DNA of 64,000 nucleotides from Longimicrobiales bacterium (lineage in GTDB: Bacteria > Gemmatimonadota > Gemmatimonadetes > Longimicrobiales > Gaopeijiaceae). The stretch spans positions 1 to 64,000 of the forward strand of contig CBDAON010000004.1 in assembly GCA_965198065.1 (NCBI GenBank), read 5' to 3'. Made by a program: the position numbers and the translations under genes. The notes under the pieces are model-generated. The model saw only the letters and a program-made list of their open reading frames with translations, did no database searches and had not been told where the DNA came from. Position 1 is the first letter of the stretch. Each line of letters opens with the position of its first letter. Positions 17,817 to 27,456 of this stretch are shown in pieces.

Positions 17817-18880
17817 CGGTGGAGGCGGGAGTACGGCGGGATGAAGGTGAGCCAGGCACGGCGCCTGAAGGAGCTCGAGCGCGAGAACGGGCGCCTGAAG
17901 CGAGCAGTGGCGGACTTGACACTGGACAAGCTGATCGTGGAGGAAGCGGCCAAGGGAAACTTCTGAGCCCCGAGGGCCGACGACGTTGTGTGGTGCGTGT
18001 ACGTCAGCAGCTCGGGGCGTCGGAGAGGAGAGCGTGCCGGGTGCTCGGGCAGCCACGCACGACCCAGCGCGGGGCGAGGAAAGTGGCGAGTGACGAGGGG
18101 GCGCTCCGAGGTGATATCGTGCGACTCGCGAGTCGATTCGGCCGCTACGGCTAGCGACGCGTCACGGACACGCTCCGCATCGAGGGCTGGGGGGTGAAGC
18201 ACAAGCGGGTGGAGCGGATCTGGAGGCAGGAGGGGCTGAAGGTCCCGGAGCGGCAGCCGAAGCGAGGTCGGCTGTGGCTCAACGACGGATCGTGCATCCG
18301 GCTGAGGCCGCTGTATCGGGGCCACGTCTGGTCGTACGACTTCGTGGCCTCGAGGACGCACGACGGGCGTGCGCTGAAGCTGCTGACAGTGCTGGACGAG
18401 CACACGAGGGAGTGCCTGGCGATCGTGGTGGCTCGCAAGATCCGCTCGCACGACGTGCTCGAGGTGCTGGACGATCTGTTCGTCCGACACGGGCCCTCCC
18501 GAGTATCTGAGGTCGGACAACGGACCGGAGTTCACCGCGAAGCCCGTGCGGCGGTGGTTGGGGCGCGTGGGCGTCGAGACGCTCTTTATCGAGCCGGGCA
18601 GCCCGTGGGAGAACGGCTACAACGAGAGCTTCAACGGCAAGCTCAGGGACGAGCTGTTGAACGGGGAGATCTTCTGCTCGTTGGCGGAGGCGGCCGTGCT
18701 GGTCGAGCAATGGAGGCGCGAGTACGATACCGTCCGACCCCACAGCGCCTGCGGCGGCTTTCCCCCGGCCCCTGAGGCGATTAAGCCGTCGCCCTGGTTC
18801 CTGAGGATGCCCGTCCTTCACCGCCCTCCACAGGTGCTGGGACTAACATAGGTTGTGGTACCGCTCTTCGGGGCAGGTCA
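17817..18880 (+). mobile_element. Decayed IS3-family element (left end deleted)
   Basis: orfA 3' half RWRREYGGMK...KGNF with G-GGA-AAC. orfB has an in-frame TAG at 18152 and a frameshift near 18495. IS3-like right end ...GGGGCAGGTCA. Confidence 0.85.
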
Positions 18881-19002
18881 GCAGGACGTCTGCTCGCTCA
18901 CCAGGGGAATCAGAGGGCCGGGAGACCGGGGCGCCCGCGCCCCCGATGGCTCAACCGTACCATCTAGTACGCGTCAGTACCACATTGCTACCATGGCGCT
19001 TA

Positions 19003-19059
19003 CGGACTCAAAATCCCCCGGGGGCAACCCCTTCTGGGTTCGAATCCCAGCCCCGGCAC
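19003..19059 (+). pseudogene. 3' fragment of tRNA-Leu(CAA), likely att-site scar
   Basis: Anticodon arm GGA-CTCAAAA-TCC, variable arm GGGG-GCAA-CCCC, T arm CTGGGTTCGAATCCCAG and acceptor 3' strand CCCCGGCAC. No D arm or 5' acceptor strand upstream. Confidence 0.8.
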
Positions 19060-19276
19060 TTAAGTAACCACAATGCTTTACGAGATTCGGTGAGGCGATT
19101 CGTATTCTTTGCCAGCGGATTCGGTCTCTTTTCGCCCCATGGTCCCCATCTGGGGCAGGAGCCGCCGCGTCTTTCACGTTCGTGACCGGCAACAACGACA
19201 TTGCTCGGTTAGCTCATGTCCGACGCCTTCTTCTCCTCCCCGATCCTGAACTCGCCGTACGGGTATCCGGCGCTAG

Positions 19277-19355
19277 GCGCGCGGGGATGCGCGGCAGGAC
19301 AGCGACGTGGACTTGCTGATCGTTATGGACGTGGAGGGCCCGAAGAGGCAGGCTC
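19277..19355 (+). pseudogene. Minimal nucleotidyltransferase (MNT antitoxin-like) fragment
   Basis: ARGDARQDSDVDLLIVMD matches GSxARG...DSDxDL; preceded by an in-frame TAG, no start codon. Confidence 0.6.
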
Positions 19356-19449
19356 AACGAAGTACGAAGTCGGGGGGATGTAAGGAGAGGGGGTTCTGGC
19401 GCGGCCGACCCGTGTCTCAGGGGATGGCGCCGGAGTAATCGCCCCGACG

Positions 19450-22386
19450 TCAGAACCTCAGCAACCGGGTCACCTTTAGCACGAGGCCGCGGTCGGAGAG
19501 CACGGGGAAGCGCTCGAAGTCGGACGTGTCGCGCTCCTCGGTGTAGACCAGGAAGATCTCGCTCCCGGGCGCGTACTCCCAGCGCAGGCGCGCGTTGGCG
19601 CTGAAGGAGTCGTTGCTCGAGTTGTACTGGACGAGCGCGCTCAGGAACATGCGTGGCGTGAAGGTAAAGTTCACGCGCGTGACGGCCAGTGTCGTGTTGT
19701 AGGTCTCGCTCGGCAGATCCACCCAGTTGTAGGAGACGCTCGGCTCGAGCGAGAGCTGCGGGATCACCACGATCCGCCCCCGGCTAATCCCGGCCGACGC
19801 CAGGTGTCCATCGTAGAACGTGCCGTACCGCGCCGAGACGTTTCCCGACAAGAAGCGCTGAGGCCCGAACGAGTACGAGGCCTGGGCCGAGCCGAACGGA
19901 TACCGACCCGCTGGGATCGTCGCGCCGGTGATCCGTTCGTCCTGGGTGAGGTTCTCGTAGGTGTCCGTGTAGCTCAAGTTGATCTGGTCGCTGTTCTCGA
20001 ACTCGATCCCGACGCTTGCCGAGATACCGCGACTCTCCACGTAACCCAGCCGGGCATTCTCCACGTAGTCGGCGCTTGCCTGGATCCTGACCTGCCGAAT
20101 GGCTTCGAGTGATGGTCTCGGGCTGCGCCGGAGCGAGACCTGGGCCTGCCTGAACCCGGAGCGACGCAGGAAGCCCACCTCGGGGTTGAAGTCGTCCTCC
20201 ACGAGCAAGTAGCTCGCCGAAAAGCCCTCCAGGTCCGCGTTGTAGTTGACGCGGGCCTGGTAGCTCTGACCCAACCGCTCCTGGAGGTCCGCGAGTCCGG
20301 GAGTCTCGGTGAGCGCATAGTAGCCGGCGATGTAGAGATCCTCGAAGAAGGCAAAGGAGGCGTCGGCTCCGTAGGTGTGGTTCCAGCCGTCCGAGGCGAG
20401 GGACCTCGACCTGCGCGTGAAGAGGGCCCCGATGTTGCTGCGGCCCAGGATGTCGGCGCGCAGGCGAACGGCCGTGAAATTCGTGAGCTCGGCCACGGTG
20501 GATTCGTTGCCCAGGGCGTCGACTTCCGTCACCTCATCGGTCTGGACGTTCAGCGCCCCGACGCCGATAGGACCGATCTTCCCCGTGAGCCTGCCCCCGC
20601 CGAGGATCGGCACTAGCTGGCCGCCCTGGAGACCGATCCGACGGCTGAAGAAGGCCGAAGGCGCTCCGCCACCGCCGCCACCGCGGCCCGGGCCGCCGCC
20701 ACCGGCGCGGCCACCACCGGCGCCGCCACCACCACCGCCCGCTCCACGCGCCGGGAAATCGAAGATCCCCCTGCTCTCCAGGAAGAACTCACGCTTCTCG
20801 GGAAAGACGAGGCTGTAGCGCGTCAGGTTGATCTGCTGCTCATCCACCTCGACCTGCGCGAAATCGGTGTTGTACGTGAAGTCTGCGGCCAGGTTCTGCG
20901 TAATGGCCCACTTCAGGTCGACCCCTCCGTCGCCGCCGAGCTCGTTCTCGACCTCGGGCGTCGCTGACCGATCCGTCGTCATGTGGCCGATGCCGTAAGG
21001 CTTCACGTCGATGCTGAGCCCGGCGGGGGGGGCTTCGATGCCCGCAAGCGTCGCGGCACGGGACAAGCGCATGATCGCGGCGCGTCCGCTTGATCCCGCC
21101 GCCGACCGGGGGACCGGCGTAAGGTGCGACCACTCGTTCTTACGCCGGATCGCCCGTCGCACCTGGAGGCCCCACACCTGTGACGTACCTGGGCTGTAGC
21201 GGAACGCCTTGAATGGGAACCTCATCTCCACCGTCCAGCCGCCGTCGAAGCGCCCGGTACGCACGTCCCACACCGGATTCCAATCGAAGTTCGGGCTCCC
21301 CTCGTTGGTGATCTGGGCGTCCACCATGGCGCCAAGCGGGTTCGTGTAGAAGAAGTACCCGTTGCGGCGATCGTAGAAGGTGTCGAAAACGACGCCGAAA
21401 TTGTCGTTGTTTCCGATCTGGTTCGAGTCGCGCCGCATTTCGTTGGCGGTCCACTGGCTCTCCGGGACCTCCTCGTGCACCCGAGCCGAGACGTAGACGT
21501 TGTCCTCGTCGAACATGATCCACGCTTCGGTCAGCTCCGTGGCGGGTGTTCCCTCGTCGGGGAGGGTCTGGATGAAGTCGCCGATGGGAGGCACCTCGGA
21601 ATACACGGGCTCGTCGAGCCGACCATCCACTTCGAGCGGCTCGTTCAGGCGGACCGCGCGGACCGTCGCGCTTCCGTCGTCGTCGCGCGTGATGACCTCA
21701 GGCGCCGCGGGCGCCGCGGGAACGCCGGGCGGCAGAGCCACAACGACGGGCTGATCTGCCGCGACTCCTGCCCTTGGGGGTGGCTCCGGGGCGGTGGGCA
21801 CCGCCGGCGGGGGCCCCGGGCTATCGGCCACCGCAGCTGGGGACCCCGGGGCATCGGCCACCACCGAGGGGGGCTCCGCGCGCGCAGCCATGGGCTGCCC
21901 CGAGCCATCCAAGAGTGTTACGGGGAGGCCCATTCGCCGAGGCGAGATATCGAGCTGGGCGATCCGCCAAGTGCCCTCGTCACGAGTCCTGAGCTCGGCG
22001 TAACGCCAGAGACCCAGGAGCGTGCCGCCATCCGGACCCGGTAGCGCTCCGGCGACCTCGACCACCGTCACGGCGGTGCCGCCGAGCACCTGGCTTATGA
22101 TCTCACCCGGAGTCCAAGCGAGCTTGCTGAGTCTCGCGCGCCATTCGTCCGGACCGAGCTCTACCGGGCTGCTGTTGTCTCCGTCATGCTGGATGAGGAC
22201 GCGGGCACTCGGCATGAAGTGCGAGAGATACGCGTCGATGTCGCCGGCGTTGAGCGCGACCAGGGCGCGCGCCACGGCATCCCTGACCTCGGCTTCGGCC
22301 TGCAGTTGGGCGGCGAGGGCCGGCGGGCGGGCGACCCACACGGAGATGCCGACGAGGACCCCTGTCAGCAGACGAGCCTGGATCAT
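19450..22386 (-). CDS. Secreted/outer-membrane protein: SnoaL/NTF2-like domain + Pro-rich linker + CBM9-like/DUF5916 barrel
   Basis: Signal peptide; ALNAGDIDAYLSHF...WRIAQ; VDGRLDEPVY; NTDFAQVEVD...FPEKREFFLE; FFSRRIG; C-terminal Phe. Confidence 0.8.
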   Translation of the reverse strand: MIQARLLTGVLVGISVWVARPPALAAQLQAEAEVRDAVARALVALNAGDIDAYLSHFMPSARVLIQHDGDNSSPVELGPDEWRARLSKLAWTPGEIISQVLGGTAVTVVEVAGALPGPDGGTLLGLWRYAELRTRDEGTWRIAQLDISPRRMGLPVTLLDGSGQPMAARAEPPSVVADAPGSPAAVADSPGPPPAVPTAPEPPPRAGVAADQPVVVALPPGVPAAPAAPEVITRDDDGSATVRAVRLNEPLEVDGRLDEPVYSEVPPIGDFIQTLPDEGTPATELTEAWIMFDEDNVYVSARVHEEVPESQWTANEMRRDSNQIGNNDNFGVVFDTFYDRRNGYFFYTNPLGAMVDAQITNEGSPNFDWNPVWDVRTGRFDGGWTVEMRFPFKAFRYSPGTSQVWGLQVRRAIRRKNEWSHLTPVPRSAAGSSGRAAIMRLSRAATLAGIEAPPAGLSIDVKPYGIGHMTTDRSATPEVENELGGDGGVDLKWAITQNLAADFTYNTDFAQVEVDEQQINLTRYSLVFPEKREFFLESRGIFDFPARGAGGGGGGAGGGRAGGGGPGRGGGGGGAPSAFFSRRIGLQGGQLVPILGGGRLTGKIGPIGVGALNVQTDEVTEVDALGNESTVAELTNFTAVRLRADILGRSNIGALFTRRSRSLASDGWNHTYGADASFAFFEDLYIAGYYALTETPGLADLQERLGQSYQARVNYNADLEGFSASYLLVEDDFNPEVGFLRRSGFRQAQVSLRRSPRPSLEAIRQVRIQASADYVENARLGYVESRGISASVGIEFENSDQINLSYTDTYENLTQDERITGATIPAGRYPFGSAQASYSFGPQRFLSGNVSARYGTFYDGHLASAGISRGRIVVIPQLSLEPSVSYNWVDLPSETYNTTLAVTRVNFTFTPRMFLSALVQYNSSNDSFSANARLRWEYAPGSEIFLVYTEERDTSDFERFPVLSDRGLVLKVTRLLRF

Positions 22387-22596
22387 ACGGCATTCTTGCG
22401 ACTGGAGCCCGATCTCGCCATCCCCGTCCCCGCCGCTGGCCCGGCCGGACGCCCCGGCCCCTTTATCGATTGCCCGTCCAAGAGGCCTGCGGTAGCAGTC
22501 GAGCCTGGACACGCAAGTCGGGTTGCTGTGGGCGGGCGCAGCTGACGACTCGAGCAGGGCGGCTCTTGCGTGGAGAAGACCCTATGGTAGGCTGCC

Positions 22597-23808
22597 TCAC
22601 TCGGGAGTCAGCTCTACCGTGACCTCGGCCGCATAGAGCATCGTGCGGTCCTCATCCCTCGCGGCCCACTTCCTCAACGTCTCCACGCGCTGCTGGACCA
22701 TGCCGTCGAACGCCACCTCACCGTTGGCGATCACCCGGATCGGACGACCCAGATCGAACACGTCGGGCGATATCAATAGCGTGAATTTCCGGACGCGATA
22801 AACGTCGACGGTCACGGTGTTGCCGGACCGGACGGCTCGTACCACGCCGCTGTTACCGTCAAAGGTGAGCCCGGCGAGACCCCCGCGATCTGGGTCTCCC
22901 GCGATCGGGCCTAGCTCGTCGATCACCACCCAGTGCGCCCGGTTGTAGCGGTCGGTGCGCTCCGTGGCCCAGAGGATGCGCTCGGGGTGAGGGTCTCGAG
23001 GATGAGCGGCGATGAAGCGCTCGATGTTCTCCGCCTCCTCGGGCCACCAACTGGTGCTGTGCCCGCCCGGCTTCGCGGTGAAGACGAAGTCCACGCCGGC
23101 CCGCTGGAACGCCGACAGGAAGGGCGTGATCACACGCACCGGGTAGAGCCGATCGGTCTCCCCATTGACGATGAACAGCGGTTTGTTCGTGAGGTTGGCC
23201 ACGTGCATCAGGCCGTCGGCCCCGACCCGTGGATTCAGCAGCACAGCCGGATGGCCGATGAACGGGAGAAACGCCGCCCAAGGGGTGGTGTCCCGGAAGC
23301 CAAAGAAGTACACGCCGGTGCCGCCGTCCGACCTTCCGAACGCGTAGACCCGGTTCTCCTCCACGTTGTACGTGCCCTTCAGGTCCGAGAGGATGCCTCG
23401 AAGGTTCTCGACCTGGCTCCACTCCCACCAGAGCGACTCGTTCCACGACTGCGGAAGCACCGCGATGCGATCGTAGCCCATCACGTCGTCGTAATTGCGC
23501 CACCACTCTCCCCCGCGCCCTCGATCTGGCCGGAACACGCCACCGTTGAGGTAAAAGGCCACCGGATAGCGACGTGACGGATCGTAGTCCGCGGGAACCA
23601 TCAACACATACCGGTGAGCGAGGCCGTTCTCGTTCGCCTGCGTCAGCTCCAGTCGGCCCGTCGGGACCTCCTGCGAGTAAGCGGGCCCGCGCTGCAGCCG
23701 CTCATACGTAGCGGCGAAGGACTCGTCCAGGGCCTGCGCGACCAGGGGCGAAGCCCCAGCTGCGCTCAGGCCGATCACGCCTATGACCGCCGCGCGAATC
23801 GAGGTCAT
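22597..23808 (-). CDS. Secreted alpha/beta hydrolase (esterase/peptidase-like)
   Basis: Signal peptide; VPADYDPSRRYP; nucleophile GRSDGG; NGETD; GGH. Confidence 0.8.
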   Translation of the reverse strand: MTSIRAAVIGVIGLSAAGASPLVAQALDESFAATYERLQRGPAYSQEVPTGRLELTQANENGLAHRYVLMVPADYDPSRRYPVAFYLNGGVFRPDRGRGGEWWRNYDDVMGYDRIAVLPQSWNESLWWEWSQVENLRGILSDLKGTYNVEENRVYAFGRSDGGTGVYFFGFRDTTPWAAFLPFIGHPAVLLNPRVGADGLMHVANLTNKPLFIVNGETDRLYPVRVITPFLSAFQRAGVDFVFTAKPGGHSTSWWPEEAENIERFIAAHPRDPHPERILWATERTDRYNRAHWVVIDELGPIAGDPDRGGLAGLTFDGNSGVVRAVRSGNTVTVDVYRVRKFTLLISPDVFDLGRPIRVIANGEVAFDGMVQQRVETLRKWAARDEDRTMLYAAEVTVELTPE

Positions 23809-24084
23809 GGCCAGGGCCCTCCAGGGCGTGTCGGGGGAGCACGGTAGACCGCACCAATGATAGGCGTCCCCTGGGGGATCCGCACGAAGGGCACGTCAGA
23901 GCGCCGGCCCGGCGTCGAGCGGGAGCGTTCTTGCGATCCGAAGACTACCGGTGCTCGGGGTTTGGGAAGTCGAAGCGACATCCGGCATCCCACTCCGAGC
24001 GCTGGTTCCCGTGCGCAGGTATCCCTCCGTGGTCGCGGAAGATGAGGGCCAGGTGGAGGAGGTGCCAGGTCATGAACGTGGCTC

Positions 24085-24196
24085 GTCACTGGTGGTGGCC
24101 AAGGGGTCGGCCACCATCACGGCGACGACTGACGGCGTGAGCGGCAACGCCTCCGTCACCGTCGTGGCCGAACTCCAGGAGGAGGTGGGGGAGTGA
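24085..24196 (+). pseudogene. Ig-like (Big_2) domain C-terminal remnant
   Basis: AKGSATITATTDGVSGNASVTVV; no upstream gene body. Confidence 0.5.
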
Positions 24197-24462
24197 GAGC
24201 TAGATGAGTGAGGAGTGGTGAAGTCCTGAGGACGAGGAAGAGGACGTATATGGAACTCGATCAGGACGGCTTTTGCCAGCCTGGCAGCGGCCCTGCTAAT
24301 GACTCTACTGTCCAGACTCTGACGACCTCCATGGGCCGTCGTCCAGTCTTACTCGCTCTCCGGTGGGTACCGGCTGCAGAGGGCATCGGCGTGTAGCTCT
24401 ATACTCCGGCTGCGGGCCGGCTCAGTACCGAATCCGAGCCTTCCCCCTTCCCAACACCGAGC

Positions 24463-25176
24463 TCAGTCGGCAGCTCCGCCGTCGCCATCGCCTCCTTCCT
24501 CCTCGCTTCCGAAACAGTAGAACAGGCCCGCCCCACCCGTGGCCACTAGCTGCTCCTGGCTGCAGCCCTGGCTGGGGTGTGCTGTGTTCCAAGGGGATCC
24601 TGGGTCCTGGAAGCTGAACCGGTCGTGGTGGCCCAACATGGCGCTTCCCTCGCCACTGCTCGTCCAGCCGTTGCAGGTACGATCCAGCCCAGGGGGAAAA
24701 GCGGTGCCGCCGAGCTGCGTCCCGGTGAGGATGTCATGCATGCTCGGCGAATCCCCCATGGCCCCGGAGTTCACCGGCTCGCCCTGCTCGGTCAAGGAGT
24801 GCTCGTAGCTGAGGGCCGAGTTGTTGTAGTGCAGGTCGTCCACGTTAGCCGCAATCCGGAGACCCGCAGCGTTGAACCACGGTCCCTCGCCAATTCGGTC
24901 CCTAGCGTTGACCGCCGGCTGGGCACCGTCCACCGAGCGGCGAACCGCCTGGATGCTCAGATAGGCCCGCCACGTCCTGTCCCCGGCCCCGACGCTCTGG
25001 GCAAGCGTCTGGCAGTGCGCGTCGGCCCCGTCAAGGCCACCCAGGTCTCCACCGTTGCCAAGGCCCACACTAGTGATGAAGAATCCAAGAGGCTCGTCCT
25101 GAGCGACCCCTTCGCCAGGAACGGCCACGGCGCAAAGGACCATCGCCGAAATTGTCACAAGCCACCTCGTGCTCAT
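24463..25176 (-). CDS. Secreted endostatin/collagen-NC10-like lectin-fold protein
   Basis: Signal peptide; FFITS..GNGGDLGGLDGADAHCQ.LA, WRAYLS, ARDRIG.GPW, C..WTS and FYCF. Confidence 0.75.
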   Translation of the reverse strand: MSTRWLVTISAMVLCAVAVPGEGVAQDEPLGFFITSVGLGNGGDLGGLDGADAHCQTLAQSVGAGDRTWRAYLSIQAVRRSVDGAQPAVNARDRIGEGPWFNAAGLRIAANVDDLHYNNSALSYEHSLTEQGEPVNSGAMGDSPSMHDILTGTQLGGTAFPPGLDRTCNGWTSSGEGSAMLGHHDRFSFQDPGSPWNTAHPSQGCSQEQLVATGGAGLFYCFGSEEEGGDGDGGAAD

Positions 25177-25366
25177 CTTCCTGATCTCCTCTCTGGAGGG
25201 CTGGGAGCGTGGGCTCCCTTGCGGGTTCGATTCGGCCCCGAGTGATTCCCGGAATCTATGGTTAGACTCGGGCTGCGAGCCAGGCAAGGAGGCGCGGGCT
25301 CGGTCATCGTCACCGTGGACGCCGGTGCAGGCGGGGAACAACAGGTGGATCGTTGCCAGCCGCCAG

Positions 25367-25465
25367 GGCGTTGTACGCCCCCACGACCACCATCGCCAGC
25401 ACCAGCCAACGGATGAAGGAGCCGACGCCCTCGTTGACCCGGTCGATCCAGGCGACGTGCCCGCC
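25367..25465 (-). pseudogene. TRAP transporter small permease (DctQ) N-terminal remnant
   Basis: WIDRVNEGVGSFIRWLVLAMVVVGAYNAL, then loss of similarity. Confidence 0.5.
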
Positions 25466-25717
25466 GCGGTAGTCCTTAGAATGTGACCGCGTGTTAGGGG
25501 AGGGGAGCATCCCGGTGGGTTCGGACATTCGCCTGAGGAGGGGGGCGGCGCGGGAAGGCAAGCTACCGCGGGCCTCTCGGAGGGGCAATCGAGGGAAAGG
25601 CCGGGGTGTGTGGGGCCGCGGGAGGCAAGCTCGGCGTCTTCGCGCTATCGTAAGAGCGCCGCCTCGCCGGTGTCCGCACCGGTCCAGGATCTCGAGCGGC
25701 AACCCAGGAGGTGCTGG

Positions 25718-26473
25718 ATGAGGAGTGCCAGACTCGCGTTGGGAGTCGCGGTCCTGCTGACCCCCGTGGCGGTGCTCGATGCTCAGCAAGCTGCGCCCCG
25801 GATCGTTGAAACCTCGTTCGCCCTCCCCGATGGCGGAGAGATGAACTACGGTGTCGCCCTTCCCGCGGGCTACGACGAGGGCCCGGACAGGCCTCGCCCG
25901 CTGGTCCTGGTGCTCCACCCGGGAGGCCGCGGCAGGTACTACGGCACCAGCTTCATGCGGCAGATGATCGAGCCCGGCCTCCGGAGTTGGGGCGCCATTT
26001 TCGTGGCCCCCGACGTGCCCGCCCGGAGCTGGGCGACGGCCGAGTCGAGCCGGGCGGTCATGGCCCTGCTGGAGCACGTCTTCTCCGAGCACGCCGTCGA
26101 TCGCCGCCGGATCGTCGTCACGGGCTACAGCATGGGTGGGCGCGGCACCTGGTACCTCGCCACCCGAAACGCCGACTTCTTCACCGGCGCTATTCCCATG
26201 GCCAGCTCTCCAGGGAACGACCCCCTCGACCGCCTCTCGTCTACGCCCGTCCATGCGATCCACAGCGTCGACGACGAAGTCGTGCCCTTCGAGCCCGCCT
26301 TCGAGGCCCTCCAGAGCCTCTACGCCATGGGCGGTACGGTGCGGCTCATCCGTCTCAGCGGCGTCGGCCACTACCAGATGGGCGCCTACATCGGGCCCCT
26401 GCAGCAGGCGGGGGAGTGGATGTGGGAGGAGTGGGAGCGGAGAGCGGCGGAGACGAGGCAGCCGGCGCCATAA
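25718..26473 (+). CDS. Secreted alpha/beta hydrolase (phospholipase/carboxylesterase-like)
   Basis: Signal peptide; PLVLVLH; GYSMGG; HSVDDEVVP; GVGH. Confidence 0.85.
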   Translation: MRSARLALGVAVLLTPVAVLDAQQAAPRIVETSFALPDGGEMNYGVALPAGYDEGPDRPRPLVLVLHPGGRGRYYGTSFMRQMIEPGLRSWGAIFVAPDVPARSWATAESSRAVMALLEHVFSEHAVDRRRIVVTGYSMGGRGTWYLATRNADFFTGAIPMASSPGNDPLDRLSSTPVHAIHSVDDEVVPFEPAFEALQSLYAMGGTVRLIRLSGVGHYQMGAYIGPLQQAGEWMWEEWERRAAETRQPAP

Positions 26474-26542
26474 ACCGTAGGGGCTTTTAGCCCCGTAGCG
26501 ATCGAAATCCCGCCAGTCCTCCGAGCTGCGGCGTCGCTCGTC

Positions 26543-27308
26543 CTAGTCGATGGCTTCGATGCTAAGCGTCGCGCGGTAGGTTCCCAGCTCGATCGCGGAG
26601 CCGGAGTGGGGCAGGGGATCGAGGCGAAGCAGACCGACGCGGTAACCCGCGTGCTCCGCGGCGTTCGGCTCGAGCGTGGTGTGGACCCTGAAGGCATGCG
26701 TGGGGCCCGTCCCCATCGTGAGCTCGATCGCGGCGGCCGCGTCACCTTCCCAGACGCAGACGACGTCCACCGGGCAGCGAGAGTCCTCTCGTTGTAGTCG
26801 CCGCTGAACCCGATGCGGGCGAACAGGAAGTGGTCGACCTGCCCGTTGGGCGGGACGAACGTGCCGACCGTCATGATCTTTATATGGCCGGCCGTCGTGT
26901 CGAACCAGAAATAGTTGGTGTCGGCTGCCTCTGAGAACACGAAGCGCAGGGCTTCGGCTATCGTAGCCTCGGCACCGAGGAACTGCACCGCGTAGGTGTT
27001 GACGCTCCGTGAGCCGTTGAGCGCCGTGGTGGCGCTGACCTGCTTGAGGTTGCGGTCGACGCCGTTGCTGATGATCTCGTAGAACTCCTGACCGCCCAGA
27101 GAGACCGAGTAGTTCGCTCCGTCACTCCGACGAACGCGATGCTGAACACGCCGTCCACGAGGATCTCTCCCCCGCCAGGGACGACGACTTCAAGCCGAGG
27201 GACCCCCACGGTGCGAAGGGAGCCTTCCGGGCCGGCGGGGTCACTGTTACAGGCCACGAGCATCCCCACCAGCATCGCGGCGGTACCAAGGCTCGAGTAG
27301 GCCTTCAA
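26543..27308 (-). pseudogene. Lipoprotein gene disrupted by a 331-bp insertion
   Basis: Lipobox LVAC. SIAFVGVTE (ends 27117) rejoins DSRCPVDVVCVWEGDA (starts 26785) in frame when 26786-27116 is removed, giving a 144-aa ORF. Confidence 0.75.
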
Positions 27309-27456
27309 GGATGGTCTCCGGGTAAGGGACGTAACGACTTGTGCTACAAGAGAACGATCGGGGTCGCATGGCCGTGACGGGGGTCGTAGTGCGGCGCCGC
27401 TCGGCCCCGCTCAGCATCCCGGGGCGCGAGCACGCCGATTCGCCCGCCCCGGGGGA

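Noticed and set aside
19003..19059. Functional tRNA-Leu gene
   Set aside because: The D arm and 5' acceptor strand are missing and there is no CCA; recorded as a fragment.
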